A stretch of DNA of 64,000 nt from Histomonas meleagridis 2922-C6/04-290x. Lineage: Eukaryota > Protista > Parabasalia. Under the pieces are notes generated by a model. The model was given only the letters and a program-made list of their open reading frames with translations, searched no databases and was not told the origin of the DNA. Position 1 is the first letter of the stretch. Every line of letters starts with the position of its first letter. Positions 1 through 11,580 of the stretch are shown here, piece after piece. The stretch is from NCBI GenBank assembly GCA_020184695.1, contig JAANOX010000159.1:1-64000 (forward strand). The letters run 5' to 3'. The position numbers and the translations under genes were made by a program.

Positions 1-199
1 ATTGGTATTACTTCCGTATATATTGTCATTTGTTTGCGGCGGACGAATCATTTTTTATGTATGTTAACGTATATTAAATATTGCGGCCGATAGATTGTGG
101 CGGCGGTTTTGTCTTTATTATATCAGATAAAAATTTTGTGGCGCAAACATAGAATGTAAAATTTTTATTACTTTATTCAAAATACCACCGACTGCCTCA

Positions 200-1394
200 A
201 CTTTAAAATACAATTTTAAGTATTTCATTACCATAAATTTTATTTAAAACAAATAAATATCTTTGCAATTATTATCAATACTTTTTTGTTCAAGTATTAA
301 TTTAATAGTTTCAATATTCTGTGAATGTATTACATCAACCAAAATATCATGTAGAATTTAATCAATAAAAAGATTTAACTTAAAAATGTCCCAAATTTTT
401 GATGATTTTTTGATAATATCTGAATTTATTTTCATTCATTCTTCTTCTAAAATTGAAAATATTTCATAGTTACTATAACTAACACATTTAACTCCTAATC
501 CACTTAGATAATTAATTTTAAATAATCTATTTTCATAAACATATTTAAAGATATCATTTCGATGAATTTTAATTGTTGTTTCATATGGATCTTCAAATGT
601 TGAGTGATTTTGTTCATATAAATGAATTATTTCTTCATTTCCACTTGTAAATACAATATTTACCTGTGTTTTCATTGTTTGCATTATTCATAAGTAAATA
701 TTTATAACATTGAATAAAAGAAAAAAAATGCTGCATAATCAATTAGTGAAACATATTCAGTATTAACAAAAGAAAATCTTTCATAAAGTGATGGTTCAAT
801 TGTTTGATTAAAGTCAAAATCATTTTATGATGATATTTCTTGAAGTTTTTCTATTTCATCATTTCGAATTATTTTCACAATTTCATTTGTGTTAACACCT
901 TCTTTGATTAACTTCTCATGAAGTTTCCAATCATTCTTTGATAATTCTTCATAATTTTCATAGAAAGATTAAAAAAACTCATCTTATAGGTTATATATTT
1001 CTTCTTTTGTTTTAATTAAATCTTGTTCTAACATTTTTTCAAGTATATAATATGATTCATCAGAAGTTAAACAGGGAATATATTTACTCAAAATATCATT
1101 AATGTTTGGAATGTTTTGATAATTTTCTTTTTCAAATTCTGTTGTTTTCTTAAAAAAATCAAAATACATTTTAAAATCATTTATTTTTGAGAAAATACAA
1201 GAATATATAAAACGACAAACAATTAAATTAGAAGAATAAGGAAAACTTGGACCAATTTCAGCCAATATTTCATGTATAGATTTTTCAAGATTTTTTGGAA
1301 TTAAATTGAATAATATTTGCTCTATTCTTTGTAAAAATAGATTTTTGATTATGCTTTTATTATTGGTTTTCTCTCTTTCTGGTTTGTTTTTCAT
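200..1394 (-). pseudogene. DUF3447-ankyrin family pseudogene (locus 0)
   Basis: ORF 984-1394 gives the family N-terminus (RIEQILFNL...FPYSSNLIVC). The downstream NDWKLHEKLIKEGVN/IRNDEIEKLQEI block has a CAA>TAA stop and frameshifts. ORF 436-684 is the DUF3447 C-part. A remnant LEQKSIDNNCKD ends at 259 and is followed by a truncated spacer. Confidence 0.8.
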
Positions 1395-2408
1395 TAACGG
1401 TCACTTATTATGTTTTTTTCAGAAATTCCTAATTTCGTTCATGAAGGCTTCAAAAAGTGGATCTTTCATAATTAAGTAAATAAACCTTTCAATTGAAGAT
1501 AATAAACTATTTAAATTTTTCATGAAAAGTGCCATCAAGCTGTGTGATTTTTCCAAAATTGGTTATCCTGTGTCTGAACTGTTTTTATGAACTAGCAGGT
1601 GAATAATCTAACAAAATTGACCCCTCTAGTGGCATTTATAAATTTACATATAGAATCATGATTTTTTTTTTATTTTCATCATAGAATTTTCAAGAAACTT
1701 TTTGTATTTCCATTAAGTTTCGCCAGAGCGGTTCCGACCAATTATTCTCACAAAAAAATAGCCAAGTAAAGTTAAGAATTTTCCTTAACGTTCATTCTTG
1801 TTATTTTCTTTTTTATTGACTCTGGAGAGCGATAATGAGAATGCTTCATTAATTTATTGAGATCACCGCCAAAGCCGCTGCTTAAATATTTAAGTTTTTT
1901 TCTTCTTTATTTGTCCAAGCTCAATATTTTTTACCTAATTGATCCATTTCTTGTCTTCCTCATATATGAGATTGAGAAGATGGGTTCAACGTAATGTACT
2001 CCGTGTTACATACAAAACCATTATTTTTATTATGTTCTTTTCCAGAAATTCCTAATTTCGTTCGTGAATTGACGTAATGCAAACTGAAAGAATTTGATAA
2101 TGTACAAAGGATTTTAATTAAATATGGATATTAATAAATAGAATAACAAAATATATTAATTAAATTAATAGTGAAAAACCTGTAGACTCACATCTTAGAA
2201 TAATTACTGTAACATCATTCATAGAGAACTTATTTAATTATATATATATATATATATAATACATATGTTAATTATATGAATTTAATACATTTGATTTAAC
2301 TTTAATTATGTAATTATCGCAATAATCCTATTTTCACTCACATGTATGTTTTTCACCGAGGTGTAATTAAAACCATTATCATTAATAAATTCGAAATTTT
2401 TTTTACAC

Positions 2409-5045
2409 ATGAAAATGCTTATACAAAAAGTACCAATGGAAGGTATTGAATTATCGGAATGGTTTATAATGCAAGATTGCACAAAAACAACAAAAACTTT
2501 CAAAATAGAAAATAAAAATTCGAAAAACCAAAGTATTTCTATGGAAACACTTGTTTCACTTGAAAGAAAAATATTTAACTTAAGTAAAGAAAATCTTGCT
2601 ACAGTAGTTGAACTAACAATGGAATTATTTGACATGAATTTTCCATATTCATATAATTTATTGATTTGTAATTTGGTTTACTTTGCATTTTATTCACAAA
2701 GAAATATAAGTGATCTTTATTTGAGTTACTTAGAAACAATTCAAACAAAAGAAAAAGAAATTAATCAAAACATCACTCCAATTATTAATGTTTTTTGTGA
2801 TAATATAAAAAAAATTAATTCACAAGAATCAAATTATTTAATTGAGAAAATGATTGAACATAATTTAGTAAGTGCAAACATTACCAACGATATTAAATCC
2901 AAATATTTTGCACACTTTAAAACAGAAAAAGAAAATATTCAAAAATATTATTATGATCCATTTAGCGATGCTTTTTTAATAAATTACAAAAAACTTTTAA
3001 TGAATGATTGGGAACTTCATAAGAAATTAATTAAAGAAGGAGTTAATCCAAATGAAATTGTAAAAATAATCCGAAACGATGAAATCGAAAAACTTCAAGA
3101 AATATCATCACAAAATAATTTTAATTTTGATCAAGCAATTCAGCCATCACTTTATGAAAGATGTTCATTCATTAATCAAAAAAATGTTTCACTTGTTGAT
3201 TATGCAGCATTTTTTTCTGCTGTTAGATGTTTTAAGCATTTGTTGCTAAATGGTGCAAACGTAAATAACACAGGCAAATATGCAATTGCTGGTGGGAATT
3301 TAGAAATCATTCATTTATGTGAACAGAATCATTCATCATTTGAAGATGCATATCAAACAGCAATCCAATTTCATAAAAACGATATATTTCATTATATTTA
3401 TGAAAATAAATTAGAACAATTAAATGATAAATTGGGATATTATTGTGTTCAAAGCGGAAATTATGAAATTCTTTTATTTTTAGAGCAAGAATGCATAAAA
3501 ATTAATGATGACATATTATATAAAATAGCAAAACTTGATAACTTATATATTTTCCAATATTTTCTGCTAAAAAATCAAATTCCAAAAGATATAATGATCT
3601 ATTGTTCAGTATCAAATAATATTGAACTTGTGAAATTTATTCTTGAACAAAAAGGAATTGATATAAATGCTAAATATGTTAATTTGTTTAATATAATATT
3701 CGTTTTAATATATTATGACTTTAAAATATTTGGAATTTATTTAGAATATTTAAAACAGCTCTTTCTTTTGCATCTGAAACGGGTAATGTTGAGATAGTTA
3801 AATTACTTCTTAAACAAAATGAAATTGATATTAATACTAAAGGATTTTTTTAGTTTTATATAATATTTATTTAAACGTTTCATCGAAATATAAAATTAAA
3901 ATTTGAAAATTATTTAACATATCCAAAACACCACTTATGCTTGCATCAAAACAAGGTCATACAGATGTAGTTAAATTACTTCTTGAAAAAGAAGAAATTG
4001 AAATAAATACTCAAAATATTCATTGTTTATATATAAAATTTTCTTTAATCATTTTATGTTTCAAAATAAAATATAAAAATTATTAAATATATTTGAAACA
4101 GCACTTATGAATGCATTTAGATGTGGTAACACTGAAATTATTAAATTACTTCTTGAAAAAGAAGGAATTGAAATAAATACAAAAAATATTTATTTGTTTT
4201 GTTTGATGTTAATGCCATTAATATAGAATTTTAAGCATAAAATTGGAAATCATTTTAAATATTTGAAACAGCACTTATGCTAGCAGCTCAAAATAATTAC
4301 TTAAAAATCGTTAAATTATTACTAGAACAAAAAGGAATTGATATTAATGCTAAAGATATTTTTTTATTTTACTTGATATTTATTTTAATAATTTCATATT
4401 TCAAAATAATATTTGGAAATTATTCAAAAAATTTTGTACAGCACTTATGAAAGCATTGAGTTATTATCACATAGAAATAGTTAAAATACTTCTTGAACAA
4501 AAAGGAATTGATGTCAATGAAAAGAATGTTTATTTATTTTGTTTAATGTCTATTATAATAAATTGATATTAAAAAATAATATTTGGGGATGATTTAAATA
4601 ATTTCAAACACCGCTTATGAAAGTATCTTTAAATGGATCAATAGAAATTGCTAAATTACTTCTTAAACAAGAAGGAATTGATGTTAATGCTCAAGATATT
4701 TATATGTTTCTTTTAATTTTTATTTTAATACATTAAAATTTTTAAACAATATTCGGGAATTATTTCTATTGTTTAATACAGCACTTATTAATGCATCTTG
4801 TTTCGGCAATGCAGAAATAGTTAAATTACTTCTTGATCATGAAGGAATTGATATTAATGCTAAAAATATTTATTTTATTTGATATTTATTTTAATAATTT
4901 TATATTTCAAAATAATATTTGAAACTTATTTAAATTATTTCAAACAGCACTTTATGTAGCATCTATACAAGGAAATGCCAAAATAATTAAACTTTATAAT
5001 GAAAAAGTAAAACAAAACTATTGTCATGTCTTGGGAAATAATTGA
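2409..5045 (+). CDS. DUF3447-ankyrin protein, locus 1: continuous ORF to the first GIDINAK repeat, then 8 spacer-interrupted ankyrin cassettes ending TALYVASIQGNAKIIKLYNEKVKQNYCHVLGNN*
   Basis: ORF 2409-3797 has DUF3447 motifs (DWELHK, IRNDEIEKLQEI, SLVDYAAFF, YAIAGGNLEIIHLCEQ). Manual translation gives 7 stop-free 90-nt cassettes (e.g. 4268-4357 TALMLAAQNNYLKIVKLLLEQKGIDINAKD) and a terminal cassette 4944-5045. The full model assumes spacer removal. Confidence 0.8.
3678..4943 (+). repeat. Ankyrin-cassette/AT-spacer array, 170-bp period (locus 1)
   Basis: Spacers 3678-3754 (77), 3845-3927 (83), 4018-4097, 4188-4267, 4358-4437, 4528-4607, 4698-4777 (80 each), 4868-4943 (76). Confidence 0.92.
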
Positions 5046-5155
5046 GAATTAGACATTTGGTAGTTGGCTTACCTCATTAATACACCAAGTAAGCGCAAAT
5101 GTTTAAGATCTTTAATTTGAATCACAAAGTGTCACATTAATCCATTAAAAATTAA

Positions 5156-8100
5156 ATGAAGAAGTTTCAAATAAACAGTTCATATTTTTTATTAATGGAA
5201 CATGATTCAAACTCTAAAAAAACAATAAACCCGATTAACGCAGATATAAGGTGTTTTGAGGACCTATGTAAGTTTTTTATTTCTCTCAAAAAAATTATTT
5301 TACATGTAAATGAAGAAAACCTTGATTTTTCAGTTAAACAAACAATTGAATTATTTGATTCAAGTTGTCCTTATTCATTTAATTTGATCATATGTAATTT
5401 TGTTTACAAGGTATTTTGCATAAAAACAAATAATACATGTGATATATATGTAAAATATTTGAAATCAATTCAAACAGAAGAAGAAAAATTAAATAAAAGT
5501 TATCCCAAAATCATATCCATTTTTACTGAATATATAACTGGGAGGATATTTTCACAGGAAACTGATTATTTAATTGAGAAAATGATTGAACAAAATTTAA
5601 TCAATGTTAAAGATGTTTATATTGGTTCCATGCTTTTTGCGCACTATAAAACACACAAAAAGAACAAAAAAAGAAAAGATCACTATGATCAGCTTGAATC
5701 AACATTTTTGGATAATTATGAAGAACTTTCAAATAATAAATGGGCTCTCCATAAGCAATTAATTAATGAAGGACATAATCCGAATGAAATTGCGAAAATA
5801 ATTCGAAATGATGAAATAGAAAAACTTCAAGAAATATCATCACAAACAAATTTTGATTTTAATCAAACAATTCCAAAATCACTTTATGAAAAATGTTCAT
5901 TTATTAATCAAAATAATATTACATTAATTGATTATGCAGCATTTTTTTCTGCTGTTAAATGTTTTAAATATTTACTTATGAATGATGCAAAAATAGATAA
6001 TTCAGGTAAATATGCAGTTGCAGGTGGAAATGAAGAAATCATTCATTTATGTGAACAAAATCATTCATCATTTCAAGGATCAATTAAAATAGCAATTAAA
6101 TATCATAAAAATAATATCTTTAAATATATTTATGAAAACAAATTAGAGAACTTGGATGATAATAAATCAAAAAAATTGGGTGAAATGTGTGTCTCATATT
6201 TTAATTATAAAACACTTTTATATTTACAAAAAAACGGATTAGATATTGATAGCAAGAAAATTATTGTTAAATTAATAAAAAACGGTAATATATATCATGT
6301 TAGATTCCTATTAAAACAAAAAGTAATTGATATTAAGCAAAAATATGTTTATTTAAATGAATCAAGATTTGTTTTCATAATTTTGGATTGATTTTAATGG
6401 TTTAATATTTATTTTAATTACTTGATGTTAATTTTAATAATTTGATGTTTGTTTTATTAATATATAATTTATTTTAATAATTTGAGATTTATTTTAATAA
6501 TTTTGTATTGTTTTTAATAGTTTAATATTTATTTTAATGACTTGATGTTAATTTTAATAATTTGATATTTATTTTATTATTTTAATGTTTGTTTTAATAA
6601 TTTCATATTTGTTTTAATAATATGTAATTTCTTTAAATAATTATATATTACTTTAAAAAAATTTATATTTCTTTTTATAATTTGGTACTGCATTTCACTT
6701 GGCTATTTCCTACCGTAATATAGAAATGTTAAAAATACTATTGAAACAAAAAGGAATCAACATCAATGAAAGATATATTTGTTTTAGTAATCTCATATTT
6801 ATTTTAATAACTTTGGATCTATTTTAATATTTTAGTATTTCTTTTATTGATTTGATATTAGTTTATACAATTTTGGATATGCTTTATTCGTTTGAAATTT
6901 ATTATAATAATTTAATACTTACTTTAATAATTTTATATTTATTTTAATGGTTTTATATTTGTTTCAAAAATTTCATATTTATTTTAATAACTTTATAATT
7001 GCTTTAATTGTTTGAAATTTATTTTAATAATTTGATATATTTTTTTATTATTTGGAACAGCACTTCATTTAGCAATCAAGTATATAGATATTGACTCAGT
7101 TATAAATAATAATATAGAAATAGTAAAATTACTCTTGAAACAAGAAGGAATTGATGTTAATGCAAAATATATTTAATGAAAAAATTTTCTGTGCGTTTTA
7201 ACTATTTGAAATGTGTTTCAACAATTTGAAATTCATTTTAATAAAATGATATTTGTTTTAATAGTTTGAAATTTATGTTGAAAATTTATAGTTTCTTTAG
7301 TTAATTTCGTATTTGTTTTAATAATGTGATGTTTGTTTTGACATATTGAAGTTTATCCTAATATTTTTATATTTCTTTAAGAAATTTTATATTTCTTTCA
7401 ATAGTTTGAAGTATTTTTTAATCATTTGGAAAAGTTCTTCATTTAGCAATCAGGAATAATGATATTGACTCAGTCAAATTACTTCTTGAACAAGAAGGAA
7501 TTAATATAAATGCTAAAGATATTCATTTCGAATATTTTTTATTTATTTTAACAATTTTATATTTTATAAAAATGTTTGGATATTGTTTTAAATCATTAAC
7601 ACACCACTTATGTTAGCAATTAAAGAAAATGTTATATCAATTGTGGAATTACTTCTTGAACAAGAAGGAATCGATATTAATGCCAAAGATAAAATTTATT
7701 TTAATAATTTAATATTTCAAAATAATGCATGAAAATTATTTGAATTATTGGAAACAGCATTTATGAAAGCATCTGAAAATGGTTACACAGAAATAGTTAA
7801 ATTACTTCTTGAACAAGAAGATATTGATATTAATGCAAAAAATATATATTTGTTTTATTTAGAATTTATTTTAATAATTTTATATTTCAAAATAATATTT
7901 AGAATTTATTTAAAATATTTGAAACAGCATTTATGAAAGCATCTGAAAATGGTTACACAGAAATAGTTAAATTACTTCTTGAACAAGAAGATATTGATAT
8001 TAATGCAAAAAATATATATTTATTTTATTTAAATTTTATTTTAATAAAATTTTATTTCAAAATAATATAGGGTGTCCGGTAGAAGTGTTAGCATCTCAAC

Positions 8101-9244
8101 ATAGAAAGAGAATAAATAAAAACAAAAAATATTATTTTTTTCTTTAGTGAATGTATTCACCTTTGGTATCAATAACTCTTTGTAATCTCTTTTCCCAGTT
8201 TAGAAAAGCACGGTTCAATTCATCATTCGAAATGTCATTGAATATTCGATGAACCTGATGTCTTAACTCTTCAGGGGTTTCAAATGAATAACCCTTGAGC
8301 TTTTCTTTGACATTATTCAAAAGACAAAAATCTAATGGTGCTACGTCAGGTGAATATGGGGGATGTGTAGCTCTTTTCATCTGGTTCGAGTCAATAAAAT
8401 TTGTGGTGATGCGAGCAGTATGCGGTTTTACATTGTCAACGTGCAAAATTAAATTTTTATCAGAACCATCATTGAATCTTTGAACAAGTTTAGATAAAAT
8501 ATTATTCACGTAGTAGTGTGCATTAAACTTTTGACCTTTAGGAACACAGTTAACGAGAGCAAAACCATTTGGATTGAAATATATTGACAACATAGATTTT
8601 TGAGAAGTAATTTTCTTTGATACAATTTCTCCTGGGTTATCCCCTATTTGTACCCATCCTCTCTGATAATCATAGTTTAAATAAAACCATGATTCATCTC
8701 CTGTAACAAAATGCCTCTAGCAATCTTTTTTTGCAGTTATAATGACTTTTAATAGTTTAGTACATAATCGAACCCGCACTTTTTTTTGCTCTGGTGTAAG
8801 AGAATGGGGTACCCAATGAAGGTGTCTGCAAACGAATTCAATTTTGATTAGGTGATCGTAAACAGTTGACCTTGGGATATTTGTTTTATGGGCTATTTGC
8901 CTGACTGAAAAAAAAGGGAATTCATCAAGCATATCCAAAATTTTTTCATCGGTGTTCGATGGTTCAGTGAAATTGATTAATTCTTTAGACTCATTGCTAT
9001 TTGTTCCAATTGTTCCTAATCTAATTGCTCTAGTAATACTTTGATATGGTTTACAGGAAGCACCTGAAGTCTCCTTCATATCATTATATATTTTAACAGC
9101 TGTCCATCCTTTTAGGCTGAGATATCTTGCGACACTATCTTGGTCAATCATTTTTTGTGTGTTCAAAATGTGACAGAAAATAAATTCCTCAATTTTTTTT
9201 GACGAAAAATCCAAAATATCCCAAATTGTCTGAAATATTAAATA

Positions 9245-9286
<42 letters not shown>

Positions 9287-9459
9287 TGTATGCAAAGTGC
9301 TCTATTATAATATAATAATATTAATTAAATTAATTGTCTATATATTAAGATGCTAACATTTCTACCGGACATCCTATATTTAGAATTTATTTAAAATATT
9401 TGAAACAGAACTCTAAATATTATCATACAGAAATTGTTAAATCACTTGAAATGCTCTAA
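5156..9459 (+). CDS. DUF3447-ankyrin protein, locus 2, with 7 spacers; last spacer carries a mariner and the terminal cassette is frameshifted
   Basis: ORF 5156-6391 has DUF3447. Cassettes at 6687-6776, 7057-7170, 7431-7520, 7601-7690, 7754-7843, 7924-8013; degenerate terminal cassette from 9405. Confidence 0.75.
6347..7430 (+). repeat. Three long arrays of a degenerate 20-nt unit (consensus ~TTTGATATTTATTTTAATAA) between ankyrin cassettes
   Basis: 6347-6686 = 340 nt, 6777-7056 = 280 nt, 7171-7430 = 260 nt. Units such as tttaatatttattttaatta and tttgatatttattttattat are visible. Confidence 0.9.
8068..9376 (-). mobile_element. Mariner (DD34D) DNA transposon, 1309 bp, TA target duplication
   Basis: TIRs tagggtgtccggtagaagtgttagcatct (8068-8096) and agatgctaacatttctaccggacatccta (9348-9376), 2 mismatches. 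TA at 8066-67 and 9377-78. Removing the element and one TA restores an exact 80-nt spacer. Confidence 0.95.
8144..9151 (-). pseudogene. Mariner transposase with one premature TAG (8717-8719)
   Basis: MIDQDSVARY... HTH region, WVPHSLT, *RHFVTGDESWF, LHVDN-(34 aa)-D in YSPDVAPLDF. ORFs 8717-9214 and 8144-8593 are in the same frame. Confidence 0.92.
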
Positions 9460-11019
9460 TACTTATGTAAAAACTTTTATAAGAGTGAAGTATTTTATAT
9501 TGTAAATATTTTTAATATTTGAATTCGCCTGAGTTTCTTGAAACAAGACCATAAAATGGCGATAAAAGATTTTTCGGAGAAAACAGTTTTTTGGTCATTT
9601 AATTTATGAATACAAAGACATACAAGGAATCGTAAAAACTTATGAACTACGCGTTGGCCATATGGTTTACCTTAAATTACGAGAACACCACGTGGTTCTT
9701 CAACTGCATACGTGCGGCAAGTTTAATCTTTTCGTATGTCATTCCAAGATCAATAATGTGTGTGCCTATTTTTGTACGTGCAAAAGCATATTGTTTCATA
9801 CTAAATGAAATATTTGATGAACCAATGCACTAAGATTTTCTTGCATATATTCTGATTAGATTTATAATACATATGTTTTTTTTTATAAAACTTGAGACTT
9901 AAGTCCAAATTAAGCGCAAAGGATTATATTTTTAAGACACTATTTTGTTTCATTAATACATATTATGAGTGTTTTTCAAAATATAGGATCAATTAAGTAA
10001 TTCTGGATAAAGATAAATTTACTTCTTTAGTTTGCATACAACTAATTAGTTGTATGAAATAATACACTTCACTTTATCAATGTAATTTAAGAAAATATTT
10101 TGTATTCGCTATTTCATTCAGATTTGGTACTCTAAATGATAAATGAATATTGCTCATATATACCGATAAGTTATGCTAATCAATTTATTGCTTTTTCTTT
10201 TTATACATTTTTTATGAGGAATTGTATATTCAGGGCATAACGGTCGTCATAAACGGTCGCATCCGTGGGAAAACCCCGCCGAAAATTGGAAAACCCGCCA
10301 ATAATATTATCCCCGCCAAAATTGATATCATAAAACAATTATTTTAATATCTTATATCATATACAGATAATCTTAAATTACAATGGATTCGTAATCGCGC
10401 TATTACTTATCAGAATTTAGAGATAGGATATGTTTCGCTTATGGGTGCATTTTTATAATTAACTCTGATTAACAATAAGGATAAAACACTTTACAACATT
10501 AATTATATCAATACAACAATGTTTTATGTATGTTTAATCATAAATATAGAACAAAATTCAACAAATTAATTATGATATCTTACCAATAATATACATTGAC
10601 ATTTTTCTTATATAGATTCGAATCGCTTCATGAAAATGGGCAAATATTTTAAATTGATTCATTTTTTATCGTTGTCTTTAAATCATTAAATTCAGTGATG
10701 TTTCTTCCTTTCGAGTTATTTAAAAAGTTAATGAAATTGGTTGGTGTCTCATAGCAATCGTCATTTTTGGGCGATGGATTTGTAAGTCCTAAACCATCTA
10801 ATTCGTGATTTATTTCGTCTGAAATGCTCAATAAAGCATAAGAAGAATCAAAATGGTTATCATTTGAAGTTTCTTATGAAGGGATGCTCACTATTCTGTT
10901 GTTCATTTCTAAGTATTCGACAAATGCTTCCATGAGATACATTATTAATGTTTGGGTGGATGGTTACTTCTTCATTTAAATTAATAAACATCTTTTAATA
11001 TTATTACATAATAACGTTG

Positions 11020-11024
<5 letters not shown>

Positions 11025-11076
<52 letters not shown>
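11025..11076. repeat. (AT)n microsatellite (shorter ones at ~2238-2258 and ~9250-9280)
   Basis: Pure TA dinucleotide run. Confidence 0.9.
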
Positions 11077-11081
<5 letters not shown>

Positions 11082-11280
11082 TTTTTCACCACTCAAAACG
11101 TGAATAGCATATAAGGTTAATATAATGTGCTAAGAATAAATATACAAATTAAATAAGGAATATAGAAATAAGATTTATCATCTATCATGTAGATATTGAA
11201 ATTTGATTTTTTATATAATAGAACATTATACGAATTTCTAATGTATTGTACGTACACTCCTACGTAGTATTTATAATATA

Positions 11281-11370
11281 TATAATAGTAATAATATATA
11301 TAATAGTAATAATATGTAGAATAGTAATAATATATATAATAGTAATAATATATATAATAGTAATAATATA
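11281..11370. repeat. 5 x 18-nt minisatellite TATAATAGTAATAATATA
   Basis: Direct tandem units with 2 substitutions in total. Confidence 0.9.
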
Positions 11371-11580
11371 TTATTAATAATCTTGATATTCACATAAATC
11401 ATACCAGAAACTTATAAAAAAATTCATTTAATTTATTAAATCACTGATGAAAAATATAATTTACACCATAATTTATTTATTATTTGATATTCTTCACACA
11501 ATATAATAGTAGTTTGTTATTGTTCACACTACTATTTCGTAAAATAAAATGAAATAAAATCAGAAATGTAGATTTTGATA

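Noticed and set aside
2306-2635. Short antisense or overlapping ORFs in the ORF track (e.g. 2306-2635, 13149-13451, 48787-49099, 53013-53243, 61597-61968)
   Set aside because: Shadow frames of real genes, with no recognisable product.
3678-4943. Spacers as ordinary spliceosomal introns using the AG in ...AAACAG|CACTT as the 3' site
   Set aside because: There is no conserved upstream GT, no ACTAAC branch motif, and several cassettes start aca cca, acg gcg, act gca or aat gca with no AG.
3678-4943. CRISPR-like array
   Set aside because: The conserved part is protein-coding ankyrin, the variable part is self-similar AT repeat rather than unique spacers, and there are no cas genes in this eukaryotic context.
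6347-7430. Stop-codon reassignment or a single programmed frameshift as the explanation
   Set aside because: Spacer lengths give all three frame offsets, and TAA, TAG and TGA terminate normal genes elsewhere in the window.
7844-7936. Spacer read-through as a conserved C-terminal transmembrane anchor (IYLFYLEFILIILYFKIIF...)
   Set aside because: Hydrophobicity is expected from T-rich DNA, and in most genes the first spacer hits a stop within 3-18 codons.
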